Below, one piece after another: positions 39,501-51,400 of a stretch of DNA of 64,000 nt. Source of the DNA: Ginglymostoma cirratum (taxonomy: Eukaryota). The stretch is from assembly GCA_024137785.1 (NCBI GenBank), contig JAHRHZ010000019.1, positions 23,093,365 through 23,157,364 on the forward strand, given 5' to 3'. How positions within the stretch are numbered: position 1 is the first letter of the stretch; each line of letters begins with the position of its first letter. Below the pieces are notes generated by a model, which saw nothing but the letters and a program-made list of their open reading frames with translations, searched no databases and was not told the origin of the DNA. A program made the translations under genes and the position numbers.

Positions 39501-40234
39501 TTATGTAGAAGATAGATATACTTGTTAATCAATGACTGTTCAAAAGCTCTGCCATTTCCGTGTTTCTCATTATTAATTGCATAGTCTCATCCTCTAAAGG
39601 ATCAATGCTCATTTAGCCACTCTTTTCTGTTTTATATATTTATAAAAGCTTTTACTGTCTGTTTTTATAATTCTTGTTTGTTTGCTCTTAGGCTGCTATT
39701 TCTCCCACTTTGATTTTAGTTTTTAGTCATCTTTTACTGGTTTCAAACATTGTCCCAATCATCTGGGTTTTACTAATGTTTGTAATATTGTGTGCCTTTT
39801 CTTTCAGTTTACTACCATTTCATCCATATATTTTTTGGTTCAAGTATTTTTAATCAACCTGTTCAGATATGTTGTGACACACCTCTGGAGCAGGTTAGAC
39901 TTGAACCCACACCTTCATGTCTTAGACGTAGGGAAATTACAACGAGACTACAAGACCCTTTTTTTTTAACTGCTCATTGTTTGTAAAGCTATATTCTTCA
40001 GCTTCAGTTGAGCAAAGGGAGGGATGTCCTAGTTTAACTGCTACAGTTTCAAGGGTCTGCTGACTGAGCTATCTAATCAAACAGTGGCATCACAGGAAAA
40101 TGATAAATTGATTGGTTTGGAATTTTAAAAAGTGTATTTTTTTGGAAGAAGCAATTAATTGAGATGCAACAGGAATAAGTGCAAGTCAAGGCCAATATAA
40201 TAAAGTAATCTAAGTAAGCAAAGTAACATAAGGG

Positions 40235-40336
40235 AACAAAAACAAAAATTGCTGGAGAAGCTGAACACGTCTGGCAGCATCTGTGGGAAGAAAGCAGATT
40301 GAACATTTCAAGCCCAGTGACTCTTCATCAGAACTC
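40235..40336 (-). mobile_element. Short Penelope-like element (family B) with hammerhead-like core
   Basis: Minus strand gagtt-CTGATGA-A-GAGTC ACTG GGCTT-GAAA-TGTT. Confidence 0.65.
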
Positions 40337-40507
40337 CATCAGCATAAAGGATAAGATAATAGCCATCTTACATAAGCATAGTTTTTTTTAGTAAAGGGAG
40401 TACATTAAAGGCTTAAAGGAAGTCATGGCTGCAGAAATTGCACCGTGATATGCTACTCCTATACAATATGACAAATCATTGAGGTTTCAGTTGTCCCTGG
40501 TGACTAC

Positions 40508-40853
40508 ATAGAAATTCTACAGTGTAGAAAGAGACCGCTCGGCCCATCGAATCTGCACTGACCCTCCAAAGAGCATCCCACCCACACCTAGCCTCCCACC
40601 CTGTCCCAATAATCCCACATTTACCATGGCTAATCCAATCTAGCCTGCACATCACTCGACACTATGGCGTAATTTTGCATGGCCAGTCCACCTAACCTGC
40701 ACTTGTTTGGACTGTGGGAGGAAACCAGAACACCTGGCAGAAACAGGTAGAATGTACAAACTCCACACAGACACTCACCCAAGGTTGGAATCAAATCTGT
40801 GTCCCCTGGCACTGTCAGACAGCAGTGCTAACACTGAGCTGTTGTGCCACCCC
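40508..40853 (-). mobile_element. HE1/V-SINE-type tRNA SINE
   Basis: Reverse-complement homologue of the 10085 and 38811 copies. Confidence 0.85.
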
Positions 40854-41087
40854 AGGCAGTCCCATCAATGGAACTATCCATTGAACCAGTCTGAATTAAG
40901 ATTGGGGAGAAACAAGATTGTGTCATTCAATTAGCCATCTTCTCTGTGTTCCTCTCTGCAATATGTACCTTACCTCCACCGAATTAGTCACAGTCATGGA
41001 CATAATCGACTAAACAAATGGGAAATTGTTCAATTTACACTTCTTTCAATTCACAGCTAAAATCATCCCAATCTCACTCATCGAGCT

Positions 41088-41253
41088 NNNNNNNNNNNNN
41101 NNNNNNNNNNNNNNNNNNNNNNNNNNNNNNNNNNNNNNNNNNNNNNNNNNNNNNNNNNNNNNNNNNNNNNNNNNNNNNNNNNNNNNNNNNNNNNNNNNNN
41201 NNNNNNNNNNNNNNNNNNNNNNNNNNNNNNNNNNNNNNNNNNNNNNNNNNNNN
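41088..41253. other. Assembly gap (166 N)
   Basis: Run of n. Confidence 1.
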
Positions 41254-41299
41254 GAAACTGAACTCTAAGTCATCGCTGACTTCTTCTTTAAGTCTTTCA

Positions 41300-42330
41300 G
41301 TGAAAATCTGTAAGACTAAAACGTTTTCCAGCCAGCTCCCAGAACATAACATCTCCCAAAATTGAATTAAAATCAATGGCAATATCCTGGAAAGCGTGGA
41401 CCATTTGCCATACTTTAGGAACTTCCTTTCAACCAAGACAGACATTGATGACAAAATTTATTATAGTCAACTTAGTCTTTGGTCAAAAAAGCCCCAAAGA
41501 ACTGTGGATGCTGGAAATCAGAAGTAAAAATGAAAATCCCTCAAAAACTAGCAAGTCTAGCACCATCTTTGGAAAGAAAGCAGAGTTAACGTTTCAGATT
41601 CAGTCACCCTACTCCATGGTTTTCCAGCAATATCTGTTTTTGTTTAGTCTTTGATGAACTGAGGCAAAAAGTATTTGAGGATCAGGATTGCAAGTATGAG
41701 ACTAAAGTCACGATCTAACAGACAGTTGTAATCCCCACTCACTCCTTCAGAGTCTTGGACAAACTACAGAAGGCACTGCAAAGCACTGAAAGGCACTATA
41801 CAGTCCATTAGCAGCATCCTGTCTCAAGCCAAAATGCCTATCATCACAGCGCTTAATCATTCAAAACTAATACCACCAGGAGGGACATCTTGTTCGTCTG
41901 CCTGAAATCCACGTCCTGTGATAAGATCTACTCTCAACGTGATGGCAGCAGGAGACTCCCAGGAGAACAATGGAAACATTTTTGATATGTCCTCATAGGA
42001 TCACTGAAGATGTCAAACACCTGGACTGACACATAAGAGCCCCATGATTACGCCGATTGCTGTGCATAGAACCTAGGAGTTGACTGACCAAAGTAGAAAA
42101 GGTACATTTGGGAAGGCTCTGAACACACTGTGTATTTTTTTGGGAGTACGCTGAAGTAAAGTCAAGGTAGCAGAGACTCTGCACAAGCCTTCAATCAACT
42201 AATTTACCTGACCCTTAAACCCGCGCTCTCTACACACACACAAAATTTAGCAGAGTCTGCAGATTGTGCTTTGGAGTTACCATCCATCTCAGAACCCATC
42301 AAACCAAAGTGGAAACAAGTCATCCTCGAT
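41300..42330 (+). mobile_element. RTE-like LINE remnant interrupted by a short inverted Penelope-like insertion (about 41482-41643)
   Basis: INGNILESVDHLPY.. RT C-terminal motif; TSD TTAGTCTTTG at 41472-41481 and 41644-41653. Confidence 0.6.
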
Positions 42331-42479
42331 CCTGAGGACAGCTTAAGAAGAGTTTTATGCCCTTGTCTTGTGTTGGCTTGATCATTATGTGTTAATAATG
42401 CGCCTGCCTCTGCTGATTGTTAACATGCTTATTTCTGTATCGTAGGGTTATGCATTGGAGCCCCATTCTAATCCAGTGT

Positions 42480-42945
42480 GTGTGCATAATCCAGAAATGT
42501 GCTATTAACAGACTTCCAGAGATGCAACCTTTCAGATAAAATGGGACTCCATCACCTCTTAGATGGTTATAAAATATCCCATGGCACCAAGAAGAATAGG
42601 GATGATTTCCAGAATTCCAGCCAACATTTAACTCTGAATTAACACTACAAAAACAAATAATCTGGTTATTTATTTTCTGAAGCAGAATTATATTGGACTC
42701 AAACGTTAACTTTGTTTCTCTCTCCACAGGTGCTGCCAGACCTGCTGAGTTACCTCCATCACTTTTTGTCTTTATTTCACATCCATAATAATTTTAAAAA
42801 TTTATTTTGTGATTGCTTACCTTATTGTCATGAGGGGATTTGCTTTACGTAAACTGGCTGCCACATTTGCCTATTTCACCACATTTGGAAAGTGATTACT
42901 TGGCTGTAAAGTGCTTTGAACTATTCTAATGTGAAAGATGCTTAC
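42480..42945 (+). mobile_element. Deu-SINE-type (SacSINE1/AmnSINE1-related) remnant interrupted by a Penelope-like end (about 42676-42780)
   Basis: Deu-domain-like aaatatcccatggcac..gaagaatagggatg..ccaacatt..aaaacaaataatctggtt and tail ttggctgtaaagtgctttg..gtgaaag. Confidence 0.55.
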
Positions 42946-43347
42946 TTCCTGGCTTCTATTAGGATGAATCACTAGATGGCACTCTAAATGCGATTGTGAC
43001 CACTTCAAACCAGAATAATTGTTGTCATCCAGTGAGAGCAGTGCTATGGTGTATTATAATAGGCTTTCATTATCACTTGTATTTTCATCCACTTACTTTG
43101 TCCAGGAATTAATTTGCTGTCCATGTTGGCAGATTATTTAGGTCAAATTGGTTTAGAATTTGAACATGTTTTTAAACTTCTTTTTTGAAAGAGGATGTAT
43201 TCTAATATTTTATATTGCAATACTGCCTTGAGAAGCAGCACTGTAATATTAGCAACATACGCATAAATGAATCTTTTGGTTAACAAGATGTGACTGGTGA
43301 AGTCCCGTGGGGATCTGTGCTCCGGCACTAGTTTTTCACAATTTATG

Positions 43348-43670
43348 ACGGTGACTCAGTGGTTAGCACTGCTGCCTCACAGTGCCAAAGACCCGGGTTT
43401 GATTCCAGCCTTGAGCGACTGTCTGTGTGGAGTTTGGACATTCTCCCTGTACCTGCGTGGGTTTTCTCCGGGTGCTCTACGATCCTCCCACAATCCAAAG
43501 ATATGGAGGTTAGGTGGATTGGCTACTCTAAGTTGCCCATAGTGTCTAGGCTGGGAAATGTAGGGATGATCTAAGGGCTGGGTCTGGTTGGGATGCTCCT
43601 CGGAGGGTCGGTGTGAACTCAATGAGCCAAATGGCCTGCTTCCACGCTGAAGGGATTCTATGATTCTATG
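43348..43670 (+). mobile_element. HE1/V-SINE-type tRNA SINE
   Basis: A/B boxes, V core and (gattctat)n tail. Confidence 0.9.
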
Positions 43671-44120
43671 AATTAGATAAAAAGTGCAAAGCCTTAGTAA
43701 CCAAATTTTCAAATGGCACAAAGATAAATAGGAAACTATGTTTTCTGAAGAGGACACAAGAAGTTTACAGGTGGATATACATAGGTTGGATGATCCAGTA
43801 GATTGAATATAATGTAGGAAAATGTGAAGTTCTTCACTTTGGCAAGAAGAATAAAGAAGCTAAAAATTACTTAAACAGAGAACAAGTGCAGAGGGATCTG
43901 GGTGTTTTAGTGACAGATCACAAAATGTTAGTATGCAGGTACAGCAAATAAATAAAAAGGCTAATAGAATGTGATCCTTTATTACTAGAAGAATTGGACA
44001 TAAAAGTAAAGATACCATACTTCAGTTATACAAGGCATTGGTGAGAACACATCTCAATTAGGTGCGAAGTTTTGGTTTCCTTTTTTTAAGGAAGGCTGTA
44101 ATGTATTTGGAGGCAATTCA
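43671..44120 (+). mobile_element. CR1-clade LINE fragment
   Basis: KCEVLHFGKKN, QRDLGVLV and LYKALVRTHL motifs. Confidence 0.75.
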
Positions 44121-44389
44121 CTTGGAGTATAGCTTTGGAAGATCCTGTGTCCCACTCAAGGAAGGTGCATTCATAACACAGCCAGACAGATTGAGTATCA
44201 CCTTGTAAATCCTTCCAACATTCACCAACAGCAGACGGTGAAAGCAGGAGAGCTTGTCACCTGTCAGGGAAAGGCTATCACCTATCCAGGTGTTTGTAGC
44301 CTGGAAGTTTCACTGTTACCACATTGAGAAATAACATTAAAATATTGCATTTGACCCAGCTGGCTGGCCAATTGCAATTACCGTAAGCC

Positions 44390-45375
44390 TGTAAGATGAA
44401 GGAGCAGCCATAGCCATTTAGCCCATCGAGTGTATTCCACCATTCAATAAAATCATGGGTGATGAGTTAATCCTCAATACCATTTACCTGTCTTTTCCCC
44501 ATAATCTTCAATTCCCTTAGAAATATTTCTGCACCAGCCTTGGAAACACTGAATAATCCAGCCTCAACAGTTCTCTGCAGTAAATAATTACACAGATTCA
44601 GAAACCTTTGAGAGAAGGAACTCCTCCTCATCTCTGACTTAAATGGGTTACACAGTTCTCTGAGATTATGCCTTCTAGTTTGAGCCTCTCCCTCAGTTGA
44701 AGACAATCTCTCAGCATCTACACTGTCAAGACCCTTAAGAATTGTATGTGTTTCAATAGTTTACACCTTGTTCTTCTAAACTCCAGTGAGCACAGGGCCA
44801 ATCCACCAACTTCTGCTCATTAAAAAATTCCTCTAGGAACAACGTAGTGAACTTTCTCTGAATTGCCTCCAAGTCAGTTTGACTTTCCTTAGATAAGGGG
44901 ACCAAAACTATTCACTGTATTCTAGGTATGATCTGACCAATGCCTTGTACACTTTTAGCAAGATTTCCCTACTTTTACCTTCCATTCCCTTTGAAATAAA
45001 GGCCAATGTTCCATTTGCCTTCTCTATTGAACTGAAACACCATCTTCTTGTGGTTCATTCATGAGGAGCCCCAAATCTCTTAGTACTATAGACTTCTGCA
45101 GTCTTTCGCCGTCTAAATAATATCCACCTCCTCTATTCTTCCGGACAAAGTTCATTTTCTCATATTATATTCAATCTGCCAGTATTTAGCCTACATATTT
45201 AAAATGTCCATACCTCTCTATGGACTTTGTCTCATACTTACCACTTCCCCTCCACCTGTTTTTGTGTCATCTGCAAACTTGGCAATAGTGCATTCACTTC
45301 CTCCATCCATGTCACCAATATATATTGTAAATAATTATGGCTACAGCACTGATCCCTGTGGCACATTACTAGTTA
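44390..45375 (-). mobile_element. CR1-clade LINE 3' fragment
   Basis: Minus-strand VPQGSVL and FADDTK motifs plus the CR1 3' UTR. Confidence 0.85.
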
Positions 45376-45917
45376 AACGTGGCCTTACAAAATAATGTAA
45401 GCAATCCTTTCTCAAAAAGTACATTTTGATAACTATGAGGAAATTTAATGCTTAATATATTCACTTCCGGACACATTTCTTTCTCATTGATAGCAATAAT
45501 CAAGTGGCAGTTTAAAAGTCTGATATTATTCTTCAGCAGTCTCATTGGGAATTTTATTGTTTACACAGCAAGTAGCTTCTTGATAGTTGGTATCTGTATT
45601 ACCTTATCTATAGTAATCATGACCACTCACTCACTCACATCTCCCTCCCCAGATACTCCATCTCACCCCATCCAAACATTCACAGCCATCTCTCCAGACA
45701 CTCCCCTGAATCTCCCCAATCACTCACTCACATCCCCTTCCCATCACTGACTCGCTCATCCTTCTTCCCAGTCACTCACCCCATCTACATCTATCACTTA
45801 ATTATATTACTCTCTGCATTCCCCAACCCAACCAGTTACTCGCATTTCCTCCTCCCCAGGCACTTTCTTATTTATATCATTAGACAGTGTTTCAAATGAA
45901 TCTATCATCTTCCCCCC

Positions 45918-46049
45918 ATTTCTGATGAAGGGTTTAGGCCCGAAACGTCAAGTTTTCCTGCTCCTATGATGCTGCTTGACCTGCTGTGTTCATCCAGCCC
46001 CATGCTTGTTATCTCGGATTCTCCAGCATCTGCAGTACCTTTTATCTCT
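45918..46049 (+). mobile_element. Short Penelope-like element (family A) with hammerhead-ribozyme motif at 45918-45953
   Basis: ATTT-CTGATGA-A-GGGT TTAG GCCC-GAAAC-GTC-AAGT followed by the ...CTCCAGCATCTGCAG tail shared with other Penelope-type repeats in the window. Confidence 0.75.
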
Positions 46050-46199
46050 GATACAATCTAGCTAGCATAGTTGCCTTTTCTCGTGATTTTAATTCCCCAC
46101 CATGTCATCTCTGTGATCCCTCTGTTCTTGGCCTCTTGCAGTGTTCCAACATTGCTTAACATCACATCTTTCATAGACACTTTGAGTTTTCCAGCATGG

Positions 46200-46820
46200 A
46201 ATGACCCTTCGACGCACTGGGTCCACGCCAGTCATTAAACATCCATCAACTCTAATTCCATTTTCCGGCAGTTGGCCCATAGCCTTGTATGCTGTTCAGC
46301 TAAATGCTTCTTAAGTATCTTGAGGGATCCTGCCTCACCTACCCTTTAAGCAGATACAGGTACCCACAACCCTCTGCATGAAAAAGATTTCCGCTAATCC
46401 CCTCTAAACTTCCTGCTTCTTACTTTAAAACTGTGTCCCTGGTTATTGACTGTGGGTGCTATTGGGAAAAGTTTCCCCCTATCTACCCTATCTATTCCTG
46501 TCAAAACTTTGCACACCTCAATCAAATCTTTCCCTCAGTCTTCTCTGTTCTAAGGAAAACAATCCGGCCTATCAGCTATTCATAGCTGAATCAGTCTAGC
46601 TCAGGTAACATCCTGGTAAATCTTTTCTTCACCCTGTCTCATTCAATCACATCCTTCCTGTAGAATGGTGACCAGAACTCCAATTATGGCCTAATATTAT
46701 ATGTAGCTCTGTCATAACCTCCTTGCGCTTGTATTCAATGCCTTGATTAATAAAGGCAAGTATCCCATATGTCTTCTTAACCAGCTAATCTATCGATCCC
46801 GCTGCCTTCAAAGATCACTT
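46200..46820 (-). mobile_element. CR1-clade LINE 3' fragment
   Basis: Minus-strand KKTYGILAFI, FWSPFYRKDV and KRFTRMLP motifs. Confidence 0.75.
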
Positions 46821-48685
46821 CATCCAACACCTTTTGCAAATATTAGATTGAAGAATCCACGATAGATTGGACCTTCTGTTTGGGCAAGGCTTTGGGCATT
46901 TAGGATCCCATTACCTGAAGTTTACCTCTACCAAGCTGGCAGGCTCTCCATATGGCACTGGGGTGTATTCTGACATTGGGGACGTCTTATTTTATTTGGA
47001 AAATAGCCCTAATTGTTTTCTATATGCATTATTCACTGTCTGCTTTTTGGAGAATGCTGCTGACTTTCCCTGGCTTGTTCCCCTGGAGGTGGGAATACAT
47101 CAGGGAATTGTTCTGATACCATTCCACCTTGTTTTCCTGGGCTCCAATTCTCAGCTGTAATCCAAACTCTATGGTATTTGGAGAACTTAGCTGCTCAACT
47201 CTGTGTCTGCCTCCAAAGATGCTGTCTAACCTGCTAAGTATATCCATCTTTTCTGTTTTTATTTCAACTTTCCAGTATCTGTAGCATTTTGCTTTTGTTT
47301 TATGTTGTTGTATAGTATATTCATATGTTGAACTTAGAAAATGTGATTAGTAAACTATCACAATAGAATCAGTTAGTATCAGTATAGTATCACTTATCAG
47401 CAAAATCGAAGGCCATGTGTTTAGTGCGGCAGTGACATCATGAATATAAACTTGCCAGAGAAATAGAGAGCAAAAAAAAATGGTGAACAGTTGTTTTACA
47501 GAATAGAGGGAAGCATACCTAAAAAGCTCTAATAGGACTACTGCTTTTTTGATTTGTATGATCAATTGGGCTTGGGTACAGAGAACATAATTTCAAAATT
47601 TACAGATGATAGGAAAATTGAAAATCTAGTAAAAATATAGCAGGTAAAATTTAATGCATAGAAGTGTGAAGTTATGCATTAATGACAACAAATGAAGAAC
47701 AGTATTATAAACAAAGTGAATTAATTTTAAAAGGTGTTCCGGAACAGACTGTACTTGGAGTTCAAGAATGTTGATTCAAACAAAAAGGAGTTAGAGGAGA
47801 ACTGAAGTGAGTAGATTGAATAAAGGGTTTCGATTCACCACTACTTTTTATGTTATAATTAAAAGGTAATCCCATTGCTTTGCAACAAGAAAAATGATTC
47901 CTTTTTTCAGTGTCACAGAAAGCCTACATGTTCTTACAGTAATGCTTATACCACACAAATTACACACATTTTATTGTTCTTTTGTGAAGCATTGCAGTTG
48001 TGTACCACAGCATCCCAGAACAGACAATCCAGTGGTGCTGAATGTATTTGTGTACTTCTTGCCACATTACAGGATATTTCATGTGCTGTCCTGTAAAATA
48101 ACAGAGAAGAACAATAGCAAGATTCACTAAAACCAAAAGATGAAATTATAAATTTAAGAGGGTGAGTACTTTACACAGGTGTATGCTTGTGAATCTATTG
48201 AATTTTCTATGCATGTTCTGTCAAATGATTGTTTTATTGTGGCATGGTGGCCCAGTGTATGAATGGTATAATGTGATTATGATAAACAATCATATAGCTT
48301 GTTACTTAAGTTGTCCATCTTATCTCCTGTCCTATTTGTAGTTTAGTACATAGACTTACATCGGATTGGTCCATGCTCCTGCAGGAAGACTGGCTCAGAG
48401 ATGCTCTCACCTTATCACATGTCATCAGGCATACTTGAGGGACTTACAGGCTTTTAGTTAACCTGTTTGACCACATTGTGAACCTATTTTCCATGGCCAG
48501 CAAGTCCTGACATGGAACTCAAACCCAGCGTTTGCAGTACACCACAAGACTTTTGCTCATTTAAATTGTACAGACAGAAATCTCCAGGTTTAATTTTTGA
48601 ACTGTTTATTCATGTCACAACATAGAAGTGAGCTCTTCCTGGTCATGCACAGATAGTTAAGAAGGCATATGGGACACTTGCTTTT

Positions 48686-49712
48686 AATGGAAAATATTCA
48701 GCCTGGAGTCCGGTTACCAGTGGTGTGCCACAAGGATCTGTTTTGGGACCACTGCTGTTTGTCATTTTAATAAATGACTTGGACGCAGACATAGGTGGAT
48801 GGGTTAGTAAGTTTGCAGATGACACTAAAGTTGGTGGAGTGGTGGACAGTGTGGAAGAATGTTGCAGGTTGCAGGGAGACTTGGATAAATTGCAGAATTG
48901 GGCTGAAAGGTGGCAAATGGAGTTCAATGCAGATAAATGTGAGGTGATGCACTTTGGGAAGAATAATAGGAAGGCAGAATACTGGGTCAATGGAAAGATT
49001 CTTGGTAGTGTGGACGTGCAGAGGGATCTTGGTGTCCAGGTACATAGATCCCTGAAAGTTGCCACCCCGGTTGATAGTGCTGTTAAGAAGGCATACGGTA
49101 TGTTAGGTTTCATTGGCAGAGGGATTGAGTTCCAGAGCCGTGATGTCATGCTGCAACTGTACAAAATGCTAGTGCGGCCTCACATGGAATATTGCGTACA
49201 GTTCTGGTCGCCCCATTACAGGAAGGATGTGGAAGCATTGGAAAAGGTGCAGAAGAGATTTACCAGGATGTTGCCTGGTCTGGAGCGAAGGTCTTATGAG
49301 GAAAGGCCGAGGGACTTGGGTCTGTTCTCATTGGAGAGAAGAAGGCTAAGAGGGGATTTAATAGAGACATACAAGATGATCAGAGGATTAGATAGGGTGG
49401 ACAGTGAGAGTCTTTTTCCTAGGATGATGACGTCGGCTAGTACGAGGGGGCATAGCTGCAAATTGAGGGGTGATAGATTTAAGACAGATATCAGAGGCAG
49501 GTTCTTTACTCAGAGAGTGGTAAAGGCGTGGAATGCCCTGCCTGCCAATGTAATTAACTCAGCCACATTAGGGGCATTTAAACAGTCCTTGGATAAGCAT
49601 AAGGATGATGATGGGATAGTGTAGGGGGATGGGCTTAGATTAGTTCACAGGTCGGCGCAACATTGAGGGCTGAAGGGCCTGTTCTGCGCTGTATTGTTCT
49701 ATGTTCTATGTT
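48686..49712 (+). mobile_element. Young, 5'-truncated CR1-clade LINE with uninterrupted ORF2 C-terminus (299 aa, 48725-49624)
   Basis: VPQGSVLGPLLF, FADDTK, LYKMLVRPHMEYCVQFWSPHYRKD and RRLRGDLIETYK, with no stops or frameshifts; 3' tail (TGTTCTA)n at about 49695-49713. Confidence 0.95.
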
Positions 49713-50332
49713 CTAACAGTCTCGGCTTAGAGAATAAGAGCAAGGAGATAATGTCAGAGTTGTACAGAGTGTTGGTTAGGCCACAGCTGGAATTCTGTGT
49801 ACACTTCTGGTCACCTCACTACGGGAAGGATGTGACAGCACTAGATGGGGTACAAAGATGGTTCACCAGTACATTGCCTGGTTTGGAGAAATTGAGCCCT
49901 AAGGAGAGACTGGATAGGCTTGGATTATTTTCTTTAGAGCAGAGAAAATTGAGGGGAGACATGATTGAGGTGTATAAAATTATGAGGGGTATGGACAGGG
50001 TGAATAGAGAGCAGCTTTTCCCCCTGGTTGAGGGGTCAAACAGGAGAGTGCACAGTGTTAGGGTAAGGGGCAGGAGATTCAGAGAGGATTTTGGGGAAAA
50101 AAACTTTTTCACTCAGCGGGTGGTGGGAATCTGGAATGCAATGCCTGGAAAGGTAGTGGAGGCTGGAAACATTATAATCTTTAAAAAAATATTTGGATGA
50201 GCCTTCAAATATCATAACATTCAAGCTTATAGGACAAGTGCAGGAAATTGGGATTAATACACCTTTAATGGTAGTTATGTTGGTGCAGACTTGATGGGCC
50301 TTTTCTGTGCTGTGTGAATCTGTGAATCTATA
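49713..50332 (+). mobile_element. Older CR1-clade LINE 3' fragment (host of the young copy; 5' stub at 48643-48685)
   Basis: ORF 49694..50200 LYRVLVRPQLEFCVHFWSPHYGKD; stub VKKAYGTLAF at about 48655-48685 is colinear with it. Confidence 0.85.
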
Positions 50333-50389
50333 AATGCCACTAGGCAATTTAGTTACTCTCTAATCCTTCATTTTTAAAATCTATTTTAA

Positions 50390-51400
50390 TGGGATGTGAG
50401 CATTTGTTGTCCATCTCTAATTGTCCATAAGGAAGTGGTGTTGAATTGTCTTATTATACCGTTGAGGTTCATGTGTGGCAGTTACACCCACAATCCAGTT
50501 AGGAATGACATTTCTTGGTTTTTATTGTGATTATGAGGGAATGTTAATGTAATTACAATTCAGGATGGTAATTGATTCAGAGGGATCTTGAAAATGGATG
50601 TATTTCCACGTTTTTACTGCCCTTCTACATCTTGGTCATAAAAGTCAAAGATTTGAAAGATGCTGTTGGAGGAGGCTTGGAGAGTTGCTGCATTGCATCT
50701 TGTAGATGGTAAACGCTGCATGCACTGGTTGCTTGTGATAGAGAGAATGAATGTTTAAGTTGGTGGTTGGCCAATCAAATGAGCTACTTTTCCTAGATGA
50801 TGTCAAGCTTCCTTTGAGTGTCGTTGGAGCTGCAGTCATCCAGATAAGTAGAGAGTGTTCGATCATTGATGGCATCAGTGTCAGTTTCCATTTATCATCC
50901 AAACCTGAATGTTGTCTAGGTCTTGCAGCATGTGACCATTGACTGCTTAAGTGTCTACAGAATCTTGAAGGGTGCTGAATACTGCTTTCATCAGCAAACA
51001 CTTACACTTATTTTAAGAAAAAGGAAAAGTCATTGATGAAGCAGCTGAAGATTTTTGAGCCTGCAGTATTGCTACTGAGTCAAAAAGATTTTTCTAACAT
51101 CACATCAGAGAATTTTTCTAGGGCGCTTTGATACTACAATTGGTCAATTTTGCTTTGATGTCAAAGATAATCATTCTCATCTCTAGAATTGTCTGCCTCA
51201 TATTTGGACCAATGCTGAAATGACCTCTGGAGAGAAGTGCCATTGGCAGTTCCCAAATTGAGCATTGGTGAAACAGAGCTGCATTTCTATAGCATTTTCA
51301 TTGACAGCTCCTCAGTCGGATTTGTCCTGCTTTTCATGGTGACGTAATTCTTAAGCAATATTTCATATGTTAGATGATGCTGTAGCTGAACTGAAAAAGC
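50390..51400 (-). mobile_element. Decayed LINE remnant (family of 10790 and 57650)
   Basis: Minus-strand FADE motif (ORF 50645..51001) and tail homology. Confidence 0.6.

Larger units (their letters stand above)
36800..39810 (-). mobile_element. CR1-clade LINE remnant hosting nested insertions
   Basis: Decayed CR1 ORF2 on the minus strand (e.g. aaatgtcttttggaaatctaaatag = YLDFQKTF), interrupted at about 37875 and at 38551. Confidence 0.75.

Noticed and set aside
41018-41454. ORFs spanning the N gaps (also 56460..56915)
   Set aside because: Artefacts of translating through N.
42968-42985. CTCF-like motif TCACTAGATGGCACTC
   Set aside because: A single short motif match without conservation or ChIP support.
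48643-49164. 173-aa minus-strand ORF
   Set aside because: Antisense frame of the CR1 reverse transcriptase; a common artefact.
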